Source: Octopus bimaculoides (lineage: Eukaryota). Taken from it: DNA of 56,254 bases. Positions 37,700-48,469 of the stretch are shown piece by piece. Every line of letters begins with the position of its first letter. Within the stretch, counting starts at the first letter, position 1. The stretch covers positions 32,620,242 to 32,676,495 of the forward strand of contig NC_068989.1 of the NCBI RefSeq assembly GCF_001194135.2, given 5' to 3'. The position numbers and the translations under genes were made by a program. Under the pieces are notes generated by a model. It was not told where the DNA came from. It made no database searches and was given only the letters and a program-made list of their open reading frames with translations.

Positions 37700-39600
37700 A
37701 AAAGCTATACATATCTACTTGGGATCAAATGGCACTCGCCCCTCCTTCTTCACCATAGACCAAATTTTCATTTAATCGTTATGCGGTAACTCTGCTACCT
37801 AAGCCCATTGAACATCTTTCATTCCTTCATATCTTAGAGCACACACCCCAGCTCTATCAAAGCAACCTTTGTAAGTGAAAAATTGGTCAAGGACCTATTT
37901 CATCATGAACACAGTAGTAGCAATGTCTCCCTATGCACCTCTGCTATGTTTCTAATCAGGTCTTCTGACTGTCTAGAATTCTCTGTCACTATTTCCTTAT
38001 TAAACCCTATTGGTTCTACACTAAAAGCCCTTTACAGGTATAGTCACCTTTGGTTGTTGATGACAGCTATCATCAAATCCTGCTTAACTAATTTACTATT
38101 CCAATTTTGGTAAGATTGGCATGCTGGGAGCAATGCATGGTCCCTGCCTATAAATCCTATTTAGATAGACCATATAGATCACAAGTTTGTGGCTTGTGTA
38201 GCTGATGATTGCAAATTGTGGACAATTTACACTATCTATCTGCTAGCCTACAGAATATTGTATCTAGATAATTTACACTATCTCTATCTGCTGGCCTACA
38301 GAATATTGTATCTAGATACAATCAGTATATGCCAATGCTCTTTGCCAATATCCACAGTGGCACATTTGGGAAATAGTCAGTACCTAGCAAACATTTGAGC
38401 AGATTTTCAAGGCTTTTACACCCCCATCTCCTATCAGCTAGCTCTCCACAATCCAAATGTGCATCCAATATGGCTTTCCAATTGCCCGCTAGTACAAAAG
38501 AGTGAAATATTCCTATGAACACTTTCAGACACCTGAAGAAATATGGCTGCTCTATCCTTTGCTGGAGTATAGGGATCTAGAAGTCTTAGTGCATCCTCTT
38601 CACTATTATTCATATCCAGAACCACTAATTTACTATCTGGATCCAAGATCATTCCAGGCATTTCCAAAATAACATTGCCAATCTACTTCCTATTGCAGGT
38701 TAGCTAAAAGAGCATAAATCTAAAGTCATCAAAAACAGGTTCCAAATTGCATGTCTCAGAAATCCTGGTCTTATGGATGGTCTTAACATCATTGCATAGT
38801 CCTGCTGGTCCTGACAAGTTAGGTGTTGATATTATTGACACTGCTGCAGTTGTTATTATGTTTGTTTGTTTGTTTTCTTTTTGTTGCTCTTGGTGGTGGT
38901 GCATTTGCTGTTGTAGATGTTTTGACCTCCACAGTTACAGATCCACTCTCTATTTGGCAGTGAGATGAGATCTGGGATTCTTTCTCGATATCATTTTAAC
39001 ATGGAAAAGAATTCCCAGTGGGATCCCAAACTAGTTCTCTCACCTCGTTCTTTTGACATTCAGCAAAGTGTTGCTTCCTTTGAACACAATATCATTCCAT
39101 TATACACCTGAGATCCACTGAATGTTACAGTGTGAGAGCCTCAGTCGTAGATAGGACTTCAACCCCTGCAAACTGCCTTGCACTAGGTCCATTCTAGGTG
39201 TCATGCCATACATCCCAGAAGGACTTTTCACTTGTGACCATCTCCAGTTGTATAGTTTTTTATGAGATGCCATTCTTGCGAAGGAAACTTTGCCTAGGGT
39301 GTCACTATTGTTGTTGTTGTTGGGGGTTATTGGTTTTTATTCTGCCTCTGTTGTTGCTTTCATCTCCACTTTCAATGTTGTTGAAGTTGCTGCTACTGTT
39401 GTTTTTGTTCTTGTTGCTATAGTTGTTCACAGTGATAGCAGTGGTTCAGTTTGGGGTTTTTTGTTGGGGAGGGGGCTCTGGAACTTTCAATGAGGGATGT
39501 TTTCCTCTTCTATAAGCAGAGCGAGCTTAAGAAACTTAACATATACTACACCTGTTTTAAAACTGACCCCACTGCTTCTCCCTCCAGTTCTCTGAAAGTA
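37700..39600 (-). mobile_element. L1-Tx1-like LINE relic 1 (ORF1 remains, AP endonuclease, linker)
   Basis: LDPDSKLVVLDMNNSEEDALRLLDPYTP..., similar to the better-preserved EN at 48643-48966. Low-complexity upstream region. Confidence 0.7.
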
Positions 39601-39699
39601 AAAACTGATACTATGTTTATAAAAACATGATTTTCAATCATTTTTCTCATAAAACCTTAAAATCACCCTAGACAGATTGATTACACCATACTGAATGAG

Positions 39700-42050
39700 G
39701 TTGATAGGTGACCATTCACCCTAACCACCAAGCAGATGTTACTGTACATGGAAACAATCTAACCACAGAAGATGGAATCAGAATCTGTCATGTGGACAAC
39801 CACCAAGCATTGGAAGTGAAATCTATCGAAAAGGTCTCCACCTATGTCAAGTTCCCTATTCCCACCCCTCTAAGATGTATTGCATGAGGTGAAGGTTGTC
39901 ATGAGTAGATCTGCTTAGGATGGCACATGTTCAGACATCAATCGTATTACCAGTAGCAAGCACCAACACTTTGGCCAAAATCTTGAGATCGTTACTTAGT
40001 AGGGTTATCTGGTTGAAAATTATCAATATAATCCCCCTTGTTTGAGACTTTCTCAGCAATATCACCACTCTCCAACTTACAAAACTGAGAATTCTCTCAT
40101 TCTGCTACCAGTTGTGGTTGATATCTGTCAAGACGTTGTCATACAAATCTGCCTTATAAAAATAAAACTCATAGAGTAGACCATCCCATGTTTCCACAGC
40201 TACTACCAGCTTTTTGCAACATTCCAACTACTTTACTGAGATCTGCAGTAGGCTATCAAAATAGGCACCAAAGTTTATCCAGTGATCCAGTCAGCCATTT
40301 GTCTCAAACAGTCGAGCAAAGCACCATGGAAAAGCTGTGCACATCTGTTTGGAATCAAATAACAAGCACACATCAAGATCTGCCTAGGAGTGAGTTATGA
40401 CTTTGTTGCCATATTGTGCCTCTGCCACTCAGATCCATTGAATAGCTTTCGTTCCTTTGTATCTTAGAACATATACCTTAGCTCTGACAACACAGCTTTT
40501 ATCTCTGACAAAGTAGCCCTGCCTACAAATGTATTTTTGGTCTCCAGCTGACAATTATAAATTGTGGACAACCTATTCTCCTATCCCTATCTAACTAGCC
40601 TACAGAATACTCTTTCTAAATACACTTTCGATAACTTGATGCAGTTTATCCATGTCCAAATGCGTATAAGGCAGAAATTTCATTGGTTCTATTGGCTAGC
40701 CCACAGTTCAAGTGCACATCCAGCATAGCTCTCCTATATTCTGCTAACACTAAGAAGTGGCACATTCCTATGAAATACTCTAAATATATAAAGAAACCAC
40801 ATCCCTCACCCCTGTTGGAGTGTAGATGGCTACTTGTCGGAAAGTATAGCTTTTACCTCTTCTCATGTCTAGAACCACCAATTTACCTTCTGGTCCAAGA
40901 TGGCCCTTATCATGAGATTCAGTTCTTTTTGAAACAACACATTAATTCTGCCTCCCAATCCTGATTGACTTGAACATGCATATACCTTTTACCCACCAAA
41001 GATTGATATAAAGGCTTGTAACCCAGAAATTCTGGTCTTGTTGATGGTCAACATATATCTATATATCGTTACCTGAGGTCATTGAACTCTTAGCACTACT
41101 TTGAAGGTGACCTTAGACGACATACATGTATGCTGTCTATTTTGTGTAAGGCCAAGATAGACAGAAAGAGGAAAGTGAGAAAGGTTTCCTTACTGCTCTA
41201 GGGAAGACAGGTGTTTCATCCTTCTGGGTGTTTTCACTGTTAAATTTTTATATATTCTGTAGTCCAAGATTCCCTTAGAAGTCTCCCATTCCATCATGAT
41301 ACTTTGTTTTTCATGTCTTTAGTCTGTTGTATGTTTTTTGTGTTGCTTTTTGAATTTCTATATGTGTTGGTATGTTTTTTTTTTTTATGATAAGAAATCA
41401 TTGTGTTGTCGTATGTGGTTTATTAGTTCTTTGTTTATATTTATGACTGTATAGTTTATGATGTTTCTTTGTGAGTATTGTTCATGATGTTGGTTTGGAT
41501 GCAGATTGGGTTGTGCTAATGTTTGTGGCATGGTTGTGTTTACGATGGAGATGGTAGAATGATGATAATGAAGGTGTTGATAGTGTTGGTGTAATGTTAC
41601 TATCTCAACATTTTTGTTAGCTTGATTTTCCTTTTTCTGTTGACCACCTGCATTTGAGCTCTTCCCTGTCACCTTCACTACACAACATGTTTGAGTGATC
41701 TGAAGCAGGTAGAAGACTGCCTTGGGTATGTTTGTCATAGTGTTCTGTTGTTGCTTGGTAAGTGGGGGCTTTCTAATGCTGTTGTTGTTGTTTGCACTGT
41801 TGGTGTTGTTTCTGTCACTGTAATTGCTACTGTGGTAATGGTGTTAGTAGCAGGGAGGTAGTCTTCCTGCTTACCACCTTTACTGTAGACAGAAAGCCAC
41901 CACATAAGTGAAACCTGATTTTCTTTCGTCAACCCCACAATCATTTGTAAGCTACTTGGCAGGTTGGTTAGGCCTGTGATGGTTTCCATACTTTCTTGAT
42001 CCATTTTGATCAATTTTTCCATCACTGAGCTGACCATCATTTCTTCTATA
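39700..42050 (-). mobile_element. L1-Tx1-like LINE relic 2
   Basis: EN-like region about 40480-41050 (tgtggacaacctattctcc..., shared with relics 1 and 3). Thr/Asn/Gln-rich ORF1 fragments at 41385-42040. Confidence 0.65.
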
Positions 42051-42174
42051 GTTTGTGGACCTGCAATATGCTGGTTTTGTCCTCTATATCAAATAAAACA
42101 GTTGTGAGTTATTAAAGTTTGGTATAAATGGAATAATCTCATTGATAGTACATTAATTTTTTTATTAGATACAG

Positions 42175-42400
42175 GAATGGGTATGTGATGTGTGATCAAG
42201 AAGTTTGCTTCCCTATCATGTGATTTAGGGTTTATTTCCACTGCAAGGCACCTTGGGCAAGTGTCTTTTGCTTTAGCTCATGGCAACTGAAGAAGCCTTG
42301 TGTGTGTGTGTGTGTCTGTCTGTGAGTGTGTGTGTGTGTGTATGTGCACATGCGTGTGTGTGTGTGAGTTTGTGTTACCTTGTTTTGACATTGCACAATA
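42175..42400 (+). mobile_element. Diverged family-A SINE
   Basis: aagtttgcttccc...ccactgcaaggcaccttgggcaagtgtcttt core followed by a TG tract. Confidence 0.75.
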
Positions 42401-42404
42401 ATTA

Positions 42405-44520
42405 CATTGGTTTACAAAAATTTTTTTTTTGCTCTGAGGTGAGGATGTGAATAGATGTTTTTTTTACTAATTTTGATGTGGTGAATTCAATTTTCTGAAC
42501 AGGTTTGTTCTATCACCTCGTTTTTTAGCTTTTACATATTTTAATTATACTGCATATAGATTCAAAATATGTATTTATTTCATCTGTTACAAAGGCATAT
42601 TACAGAAAAAAAAAACAGCATAGATAGAGAACATTGATGGAACTAAATTACTTGGATAATACAATATACACAAATCATAGTATAGTAGACAGTTAGAAGT
42701 GAATTTTTTGGATGATCTTGTGTACATTGCCTCTGGGAAGTCATGCAAGAGCATCCAGCAAAAGTCCCCCATCATGCTGGGGTTCCACTTGCCTTGGTAG
42801 TTGCTCTCCATCTTAGTAATATCTTGGTGGAACCTTTCTCCATGCTCATCACTCACTGCTCCGAGCTTTGGAGGGAAGGAGTTGAGGTGGTAGTGGAGAA
42901 AGTGAATTTTGAGCGACGTTCAGCATCCCATAACCTCATAAGACTGTAACAACTTCTCGATACACTCTTGGTAATCTAGTACCCATGTGTTACCAAGGAA
43001 GCCATAGCAGCTTGACTTAAATGCTTCTAATGCTCTCAGTTTCTTTAAGATAAGAAGCTCCTCAAAGTCCTTATCTTTCAGCACCTCTCGGATCTGAGGT
43101 CCGACAAAGATATTCTCCTTGAGCTTAGCAGAACTCAGAGCTGGAAACAGAGAGCACAAGTGTTGGAAGGCATGAAATTCTTCATTAAACCAAGCTTGAT
43201 ATGAAGAGGAGGAAGAAGCACCTTGTTCATGTCAATCAGAGGATTTTCTTGGACACTGTTCACCAGGTACGAAAGTGCTCCAAGATCCCCAGTCCTTCTG
43301 CTTGTAGTGCTTGGACACAGTCCAACTGTCCCAGAGACAGAGAAAGCAACAGTACTTTGTGAAGCCTGCTTGCATACCCATAAGGAGCCCAATGTCCTTG
43401 AGGTCCCCACAGAGACTCCACTAGCACTGGTTATACTTGACAACTTCCAAAAGGAGCTCCATATTGTTATACGACTCTTTTAGATGGACTGAGAAGGCAA
43501 TGGGAATGCTGGGGTATTTATTCCCATTGTGCAAGAAGCACAGCCTTCAGACTTAACTTGGAAGAGTCAATGAAAAGGCACCAGTCTGAAGGACTGTGTG
43601 GGAAACCAAGGAAGGTGAACAAGCCAGAGACATTTGTGTAGTAGCACAACCTGTTTTCCATGTCAAAGAATGAAGCAAAGTCCTGGTTCCGTATCCTGAA
43701 ACTGGTGATCCTTACATTTGCCTTGACCAGGTTCCACTGCTTAAGCCAGGATGCCAGGAGCTCTGACTGCTACTTTAATAGATACAAATTACAGGCAAGG
43801 TCATTCAGGTCTTCCTGCATGATCCAGTGGGGCTCATTGCCACTTACGCCTGAATAAACAGAGATATTGTCTTCAGAAGAGATCGATTTGGCAAAATCTT
43901 CGCCTGAAGTCATTTCTTCATCTGATGAAAGAAGATCCTTATTTGCTGGGGGTGTAGGGAGAGGGAGATCATCTGAGTGGGAACAGGTCTCATAGCTGAG
44001 GGAAGGTTGGGACATTTGATCTTTTTTCTAAAAGAAACATTGAAACCTGTTATATTTGTTCAACAAAAATAACAATCATCTGCATGGCTTTGTGGCTCTC
44101 TTCACACCATCGGGGCAGCAAAGTTGAAGGCTGCTTTCTTGCCGTTAAACCATAGGGTTTACAACAAATGTGTGGGGCCCAGGATTTGTCCTGATCTCCA
44201 ATTTTATAGTCAAAATAATGAAAGTAAGCAGTTCTCAGGAGGGAAGTAATTGTTCAGTGCTGTGCAACTGTTGTGAAATCCTCACACATGTAGCAGAATA
44301 AATTTGCCTTGTTGATGCATCTTTGGTGTTTTGAAGTGCCTGAAGCCATTGTGAAGATATGTATCGTCTGTATCACAAAAATCTGGAAAACAAAATAAAA
44401 ATTGATCATATATATGGTTACGTGAATTGTCGCAAAAGCATAATAATGTATTTCTCAAAAGTTAGAGGTGATGAGTGAAAACTGGTTTTGTGTCTGAAAT
44501 CAGCACCCCAAAATTAGAAT
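42405..44520 (-). mobile_element. Chapaev3-like (CMC superfamily) DNA transposon with decayed transposase
   Basis: Motifs YKIGDQDKSWAPHICC, LLPPLHIKLGLMKNF, IFVGPQIRE and SDEHGERFHQDI...YQGKWNPSMMGDFCW; imperfect subterminal inverted repeats. Family name is from recall, not a search. Confidence 0.75.
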
Positions 44521-44799
44521 AGAACAACTATTTTTATGTTTGCTTTAAGTTTTCTGTAATCTGTTTGTATGGTGGTAATGTTATCAGGGAGCATTACCAC
44601 CATACAAACAGTATCATCTGTTTCCAATCTTTCTTGAAAATATATCTCACTTTGCAGGGGTATTACATAGTGCTTCCTGGCCGCCTCTTCAGTTGGAAAT
44701 CTCACCCCAACCATGCTGAATCTTATTCTTCAAGCAGTATATATTTTGGCCCAAGATAGCTTTGAGCTACTTTTTTTATATTTGCCACTGTGACATTTG

Positions 44800-45240
44800 A
44801 CCCACTTTGCTGCTTCTCAGTTGTATATGTCTGTATATGCTAGTTTCTAATGAGCATCATCCTGAACATTTTGTGGTATGTTTTAAAGATATCATGCAAC
44901 TAATTTCACTGAGGAAGTATTTCATATTTCTTAAGTTCTGCAAAGATAAAGAAATTATCAGCCAAACCACTGTCAGTGGATTTGTTTGTTGTGGTATTTT
45001 CATTATTAATTGAGCTAATACTGATGGTGGTCACTGTTATCATTGTAATCATTGTATTAGTGTCACTGGCAAGTCTATTGCTTTTTTGTATCTTCATGGT
45101 CCTCATTTTCATTGTTCTTGTTGTTGTTTTCATTTCTGTCAGCAATGGTGGTGATAGTAATTTGGTTCAAGATGGGAAAGTATTAAAAGTGTTCTTCCAG
45201 TTACTGTCTAACATTCTCTGGCTTTCTGTTTAGGTTTTAA
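44800..45240 (-). other. Low-complexity Thr/Asn/Met-rich stretch resembling Tx1 ORF1 N-terminal regions
   Basis: Composition is similar to 41735-42040 and 50458-51003. No diagnostic motif. Confidence 0.3.
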
Positions 45241-45479
45241 TACAATGCTTTGGATTCTTTTTTATTTTTGTAAATAGATAATTTTCAGATAAATGCTTAC
45301 AAATTCCACCTTGAGGGGCATAAAGTCTTAGTAACTTTATCACTTTAGGAACAACACAGCAAAAGTTTTAAACATAGACTTCTTAAACACAGCTAAAATT
45401 TACAAGAAACTCAAAGGGATGTCTTGCTGATACCAAACAAAAACAACAACAACAAAAATAATATAGGGAGCTTCCCACT

Positions 45480-46560
45480 ATACACAATGTGCACCACCCT
45501 AAAAATAATATCACCAGTCTCTACCTACTAAGAAATGAAGGAGACAGGGGATTATGAAATGTGGAAGACACCATTAGCTATGCAATATTAGGATTGAAAA
45601 ATTATGTTGTATGTAGGAATAAATACTATTGGTGGTTAAAGATGGTCAATAATTACTGAAAAAGTAGGAGAATTCAAGAACAGAGGGGAAAATTATAGAA
45701 TAAGTACATGGAAAAAAAAATGAAATTACATGGCCAATCCATGCAACAAACCAAGGATGCTGGAAGTAAATAGCACTAGTTATGGATAATGGACACAAAC
45801 CTGAAATGAGAAACAAAATCATTAATTATAGTCACTTAGGAATAAGCTATTATGACAAATCTGATAAAGGCAAAGATTGACAAAACTCAGAGAGCAAACC
45901 CAGAATCTGTGGGAAAGGAAACAAAAGTATTAACTATCTCTTGAATTCATGTAGCTTACTATATGAATTCAAAAAGAGTATAAGTGACTGCATGTAAAAG
46001 AGTGCATTGGAGTGTTATCCAAGTGTGTGGCTTTGAAATAACAAATAAGCTAAGCAGTATGAACATAAACCAGGAGCTGTAACAGAGAATAAGAATCACA
46101 TGAATTTATGGGATTTCTTCATAAAAACTGAACATACTATTGAAGCAAGGAGACCAAATATGATTATAGAGGACATAAAAAAACAGTGTAAGATCATAAA
46201 CTTTGCCATACTATATGATAACAAAGTGGATACCAAACAAATAAAAAAATACCAGTGTCTATCCAGAGAGGTTAAAGAGATTGTGGAAGACTAAGACAAC
46301 AATTATTCCTGTGGTCATTAGTGCACTTGGCACAAAACCTAAACTGTGTTACCTAAACTGTTACCTAACAGATTGAATCATTTAAAAAGTGTGGCATCTA
46401 AAAACAACCACTGTACGAGTAAATATTGGAGTTTTGGGGATGATACCAAACATGGTGTTCTTCAATAATATGATCAGATACTTGGAAGACCAAAGTCTTT
46501 AGAACTACACAAAATTGTTCTCATGGATATGGCCCACATTCTCAGAAAACATTGTCATCA
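45480..46560 (+). mobile_element. R4/Dong-like non-LTR relic with restriction-like endonuclease
   Basis: HHPKNNITSLYLLRNEGDRG, KLHGQ, IKAKIDKTQ and LWDFFIKTEHTIEARRPNMII...KCKIINFAILYD...KYQCL...IIPVVISALG. Confidence 0.85.
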
Positions 46561-46674
46561 AAAAAATATTACGGTTTTTTAATGGAGTCTTAATTCAGTT
46601 CTATATTTAAGAGATGAGGAATTATTTACATTATTTACATTTGACGGATATTTGTCCTCATCTTGTTTGTTGTT

Positions 46675-46720
46675 AACACAACGTTTCGGCTGATATACCC
46701 TCCAGCCTTCATCAGGTGTC
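46675..46720 (-). ncRNA. Minimal type-I hammerhead ribozyme (mirror copy)
   Basis: Exact reverse complement of 47033-47078. Confidence 0.8.
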
Positions 46721-46877
46721 TTGGGGAAATTTCGAACCTGGGTTCTCATTCCTAACGATGTTACTATTATTATATTATTATTATTATTTTTATTATTAAT
46801 CAGGTCGCTGCCGTGAATCGAACTCGGAATCTTGGGGTTAGTAGACCGCGCTCTTAACCACTACGCCATATGCCCGT

Positions 46878-46950
46878 GGGCATATGGCGTAGTGGTTAAG
46901 AGCGCGGTCTACTAACCCCAAGATTCCGAGTTCGATTCACGGCAGCGACC
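46878..46950 (+). promoter_or_regulatory. tRNA-derived head with Pol III A and B boxes (mirror at 46803-46875, minus)
   Basis: A box TGGCGTAGTGG at 46885-46895; B box GAGTTCGATTC at 46928-46938. T-arm CCGAG/CACGG. The acceptor stem does not close, so this is not a functional tRNA. Confidence 0.88.
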
Positions 46951-47032
46951 TGATTAATAATAAAAATAATAATAATAATATAATAATAGTAACATCGTTA
47001 GGAATGAGAACCCAGGTTCGAAATTTCCCCAA

Positions 47033-47078
47033 GACACCTGATGAAGGCTGGAGGGTATATCAGCCGAAACGTTGTGTT
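47033..47078 (+). ncRNA. Minimal type-I hammerhead ribozyme
   Basis: Stem I GACAC/GTGTT; CTGATGA at 47038-47044; extra A; stem II GGCTG-gagggtatat-CAGCC; GAAA at 47066-47069; palindromic stem III (AACGTT). Predicted cut after GUU at 47073. Confidence 0.8.
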
Positions 47079-47294
47079 AACAACAAACAAGATGAGGACA
47101 AATATCCGTCAAATGTAAATAATGTAAATAATGGAGTCTTAATTCTTTGAATTTTATCTCCTTTGCCTCACATATGACAGTGTTACCCATAAATAACACC
47201 TACAGTAAGAAGTTTAGCTGACTGTGTCTTGAGGTCTCTGGATTAAACTGCAACAGCTTCTATTAAGCAAAGTGGTATCTAAGCATAATAATGA

Positions 47295-47745
47295 TAATGG
47301 TTTCAAGTTTTGGCACAAGGTCAGCAATTATAGGGGAGGGGTAAGTTGATTACATAAGTACCAGTGTTCAACTGGTACTTATTTTATCAATCCTGAAAGG
47401 ATAAAAGCCAAAGTTGACACTGGTAGCATTTGAACTCAGAATATAAAGACAAACGAAATGCTGCTAAGCATTTTGCCCAGCGTGCTAACGCTTCTGACAG
47501 CTCATCATCCTAAGCATAAAAATAATAATACTTTCTGCTATAGGTACAAGGCCTGAAATTTTTGAGGAGGGGACTTGTTGATTACATCGACCCCAGTGCT
47601 CCACTTGTCTTTATTTTATCAACCCTGAAAGGATGAAAGGCAAAGTTGACCCTGGTGGAATTTGAACTCAGAATGTAATGACGGATGAGATGCTGCTAAG
47701 CATTTTGCCCGGTGTGCTGATGATTCTGCCAGCTCACCACCTTAA
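47295..47745 (-). mobile_element. Two tandem family-B SINEs
   Basis: Reverse-complement heads ...ctgccagctcaccacctt / ...cagctcatcatcct, with B-box tttgaactcag and (AAT)n spacers. Confidence 0.88.
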
Positions 47746-48469
47746 ACATAGTAATAATAAAAATTATTTGCAATAAGAAGTATATGATGTGTTATGTAAT
47801 AAACTGACCTTGTCTCTGTTTATTGAATTAAACAATATTTCAACAGTATGTCCATCATCCTCAAATTCAAAATGAAAAATATGCAAAAGGACAGAAATTA
47901 AAAAAATATTTTAAGAAAGTATTAAAAATTATATATTTTTATGGGTATTTAAAATTTCTACAATTATCAATATAAATAAACAGGAAATGACAATTTAATG
48001 TCATACATAATGCTATAACTATTAGTAATATTTTACATCAGTTCATCTAAATTTACCTCAGTTTTCTACAGAATTGATGACTGGTTCTTCCAAAACTAGC
48101 AATAATATATCTGAAGAAGTCATTTTGCATATATTAGGTTAAAAACTTTCATTTTCTTGAAATTTTTTTCAAAAGGTAGAATTCTATATTTGTGATGTAC
48201 CAATCAGTTGTCTGCAACATTGATTATTTCCACAATACAAACAAAATGGCAAATATCTTGACAATTGTTTACATTACTGAGATTGTTGAAAATTATTAAT
48301 TGTCATCATTTGTTAGAATAGATAATTTTCAGCATTTTAAATAAGAAATAACATGAACATTACATAACAAATATTACTATTAAAAAATTGTAGGGTGATG
48401 AGCTGATAGAATCATTAGCATGCTGGGCAAAATGCTTAGTGGAATTTTGCCCATGCCTATGAAGCCTAT

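Larger units (their letters stand above)
46597..47132. mobile_element. Head-to-head palindromic dimer of a tRNA-headed SINE carrying a hammerhead ribozyme, 17-bp TSD
   Basis: 46621-46875 is the exact reverse complement of 46878-47132 (2-nt spacer gt). The left arm has an extra tail of about 25 nt. taatggagtcttaattc occurs at 46580-46596 and 47129-47145. Confidence 0.95.

Noticed and set aside
46878-46950. Possible genuine tRNA gene (anticodon ACT)
   Set aside because: Acceptor and anticodon stems do not pair properly, and it is fused to a repeat tail inside a TSD.
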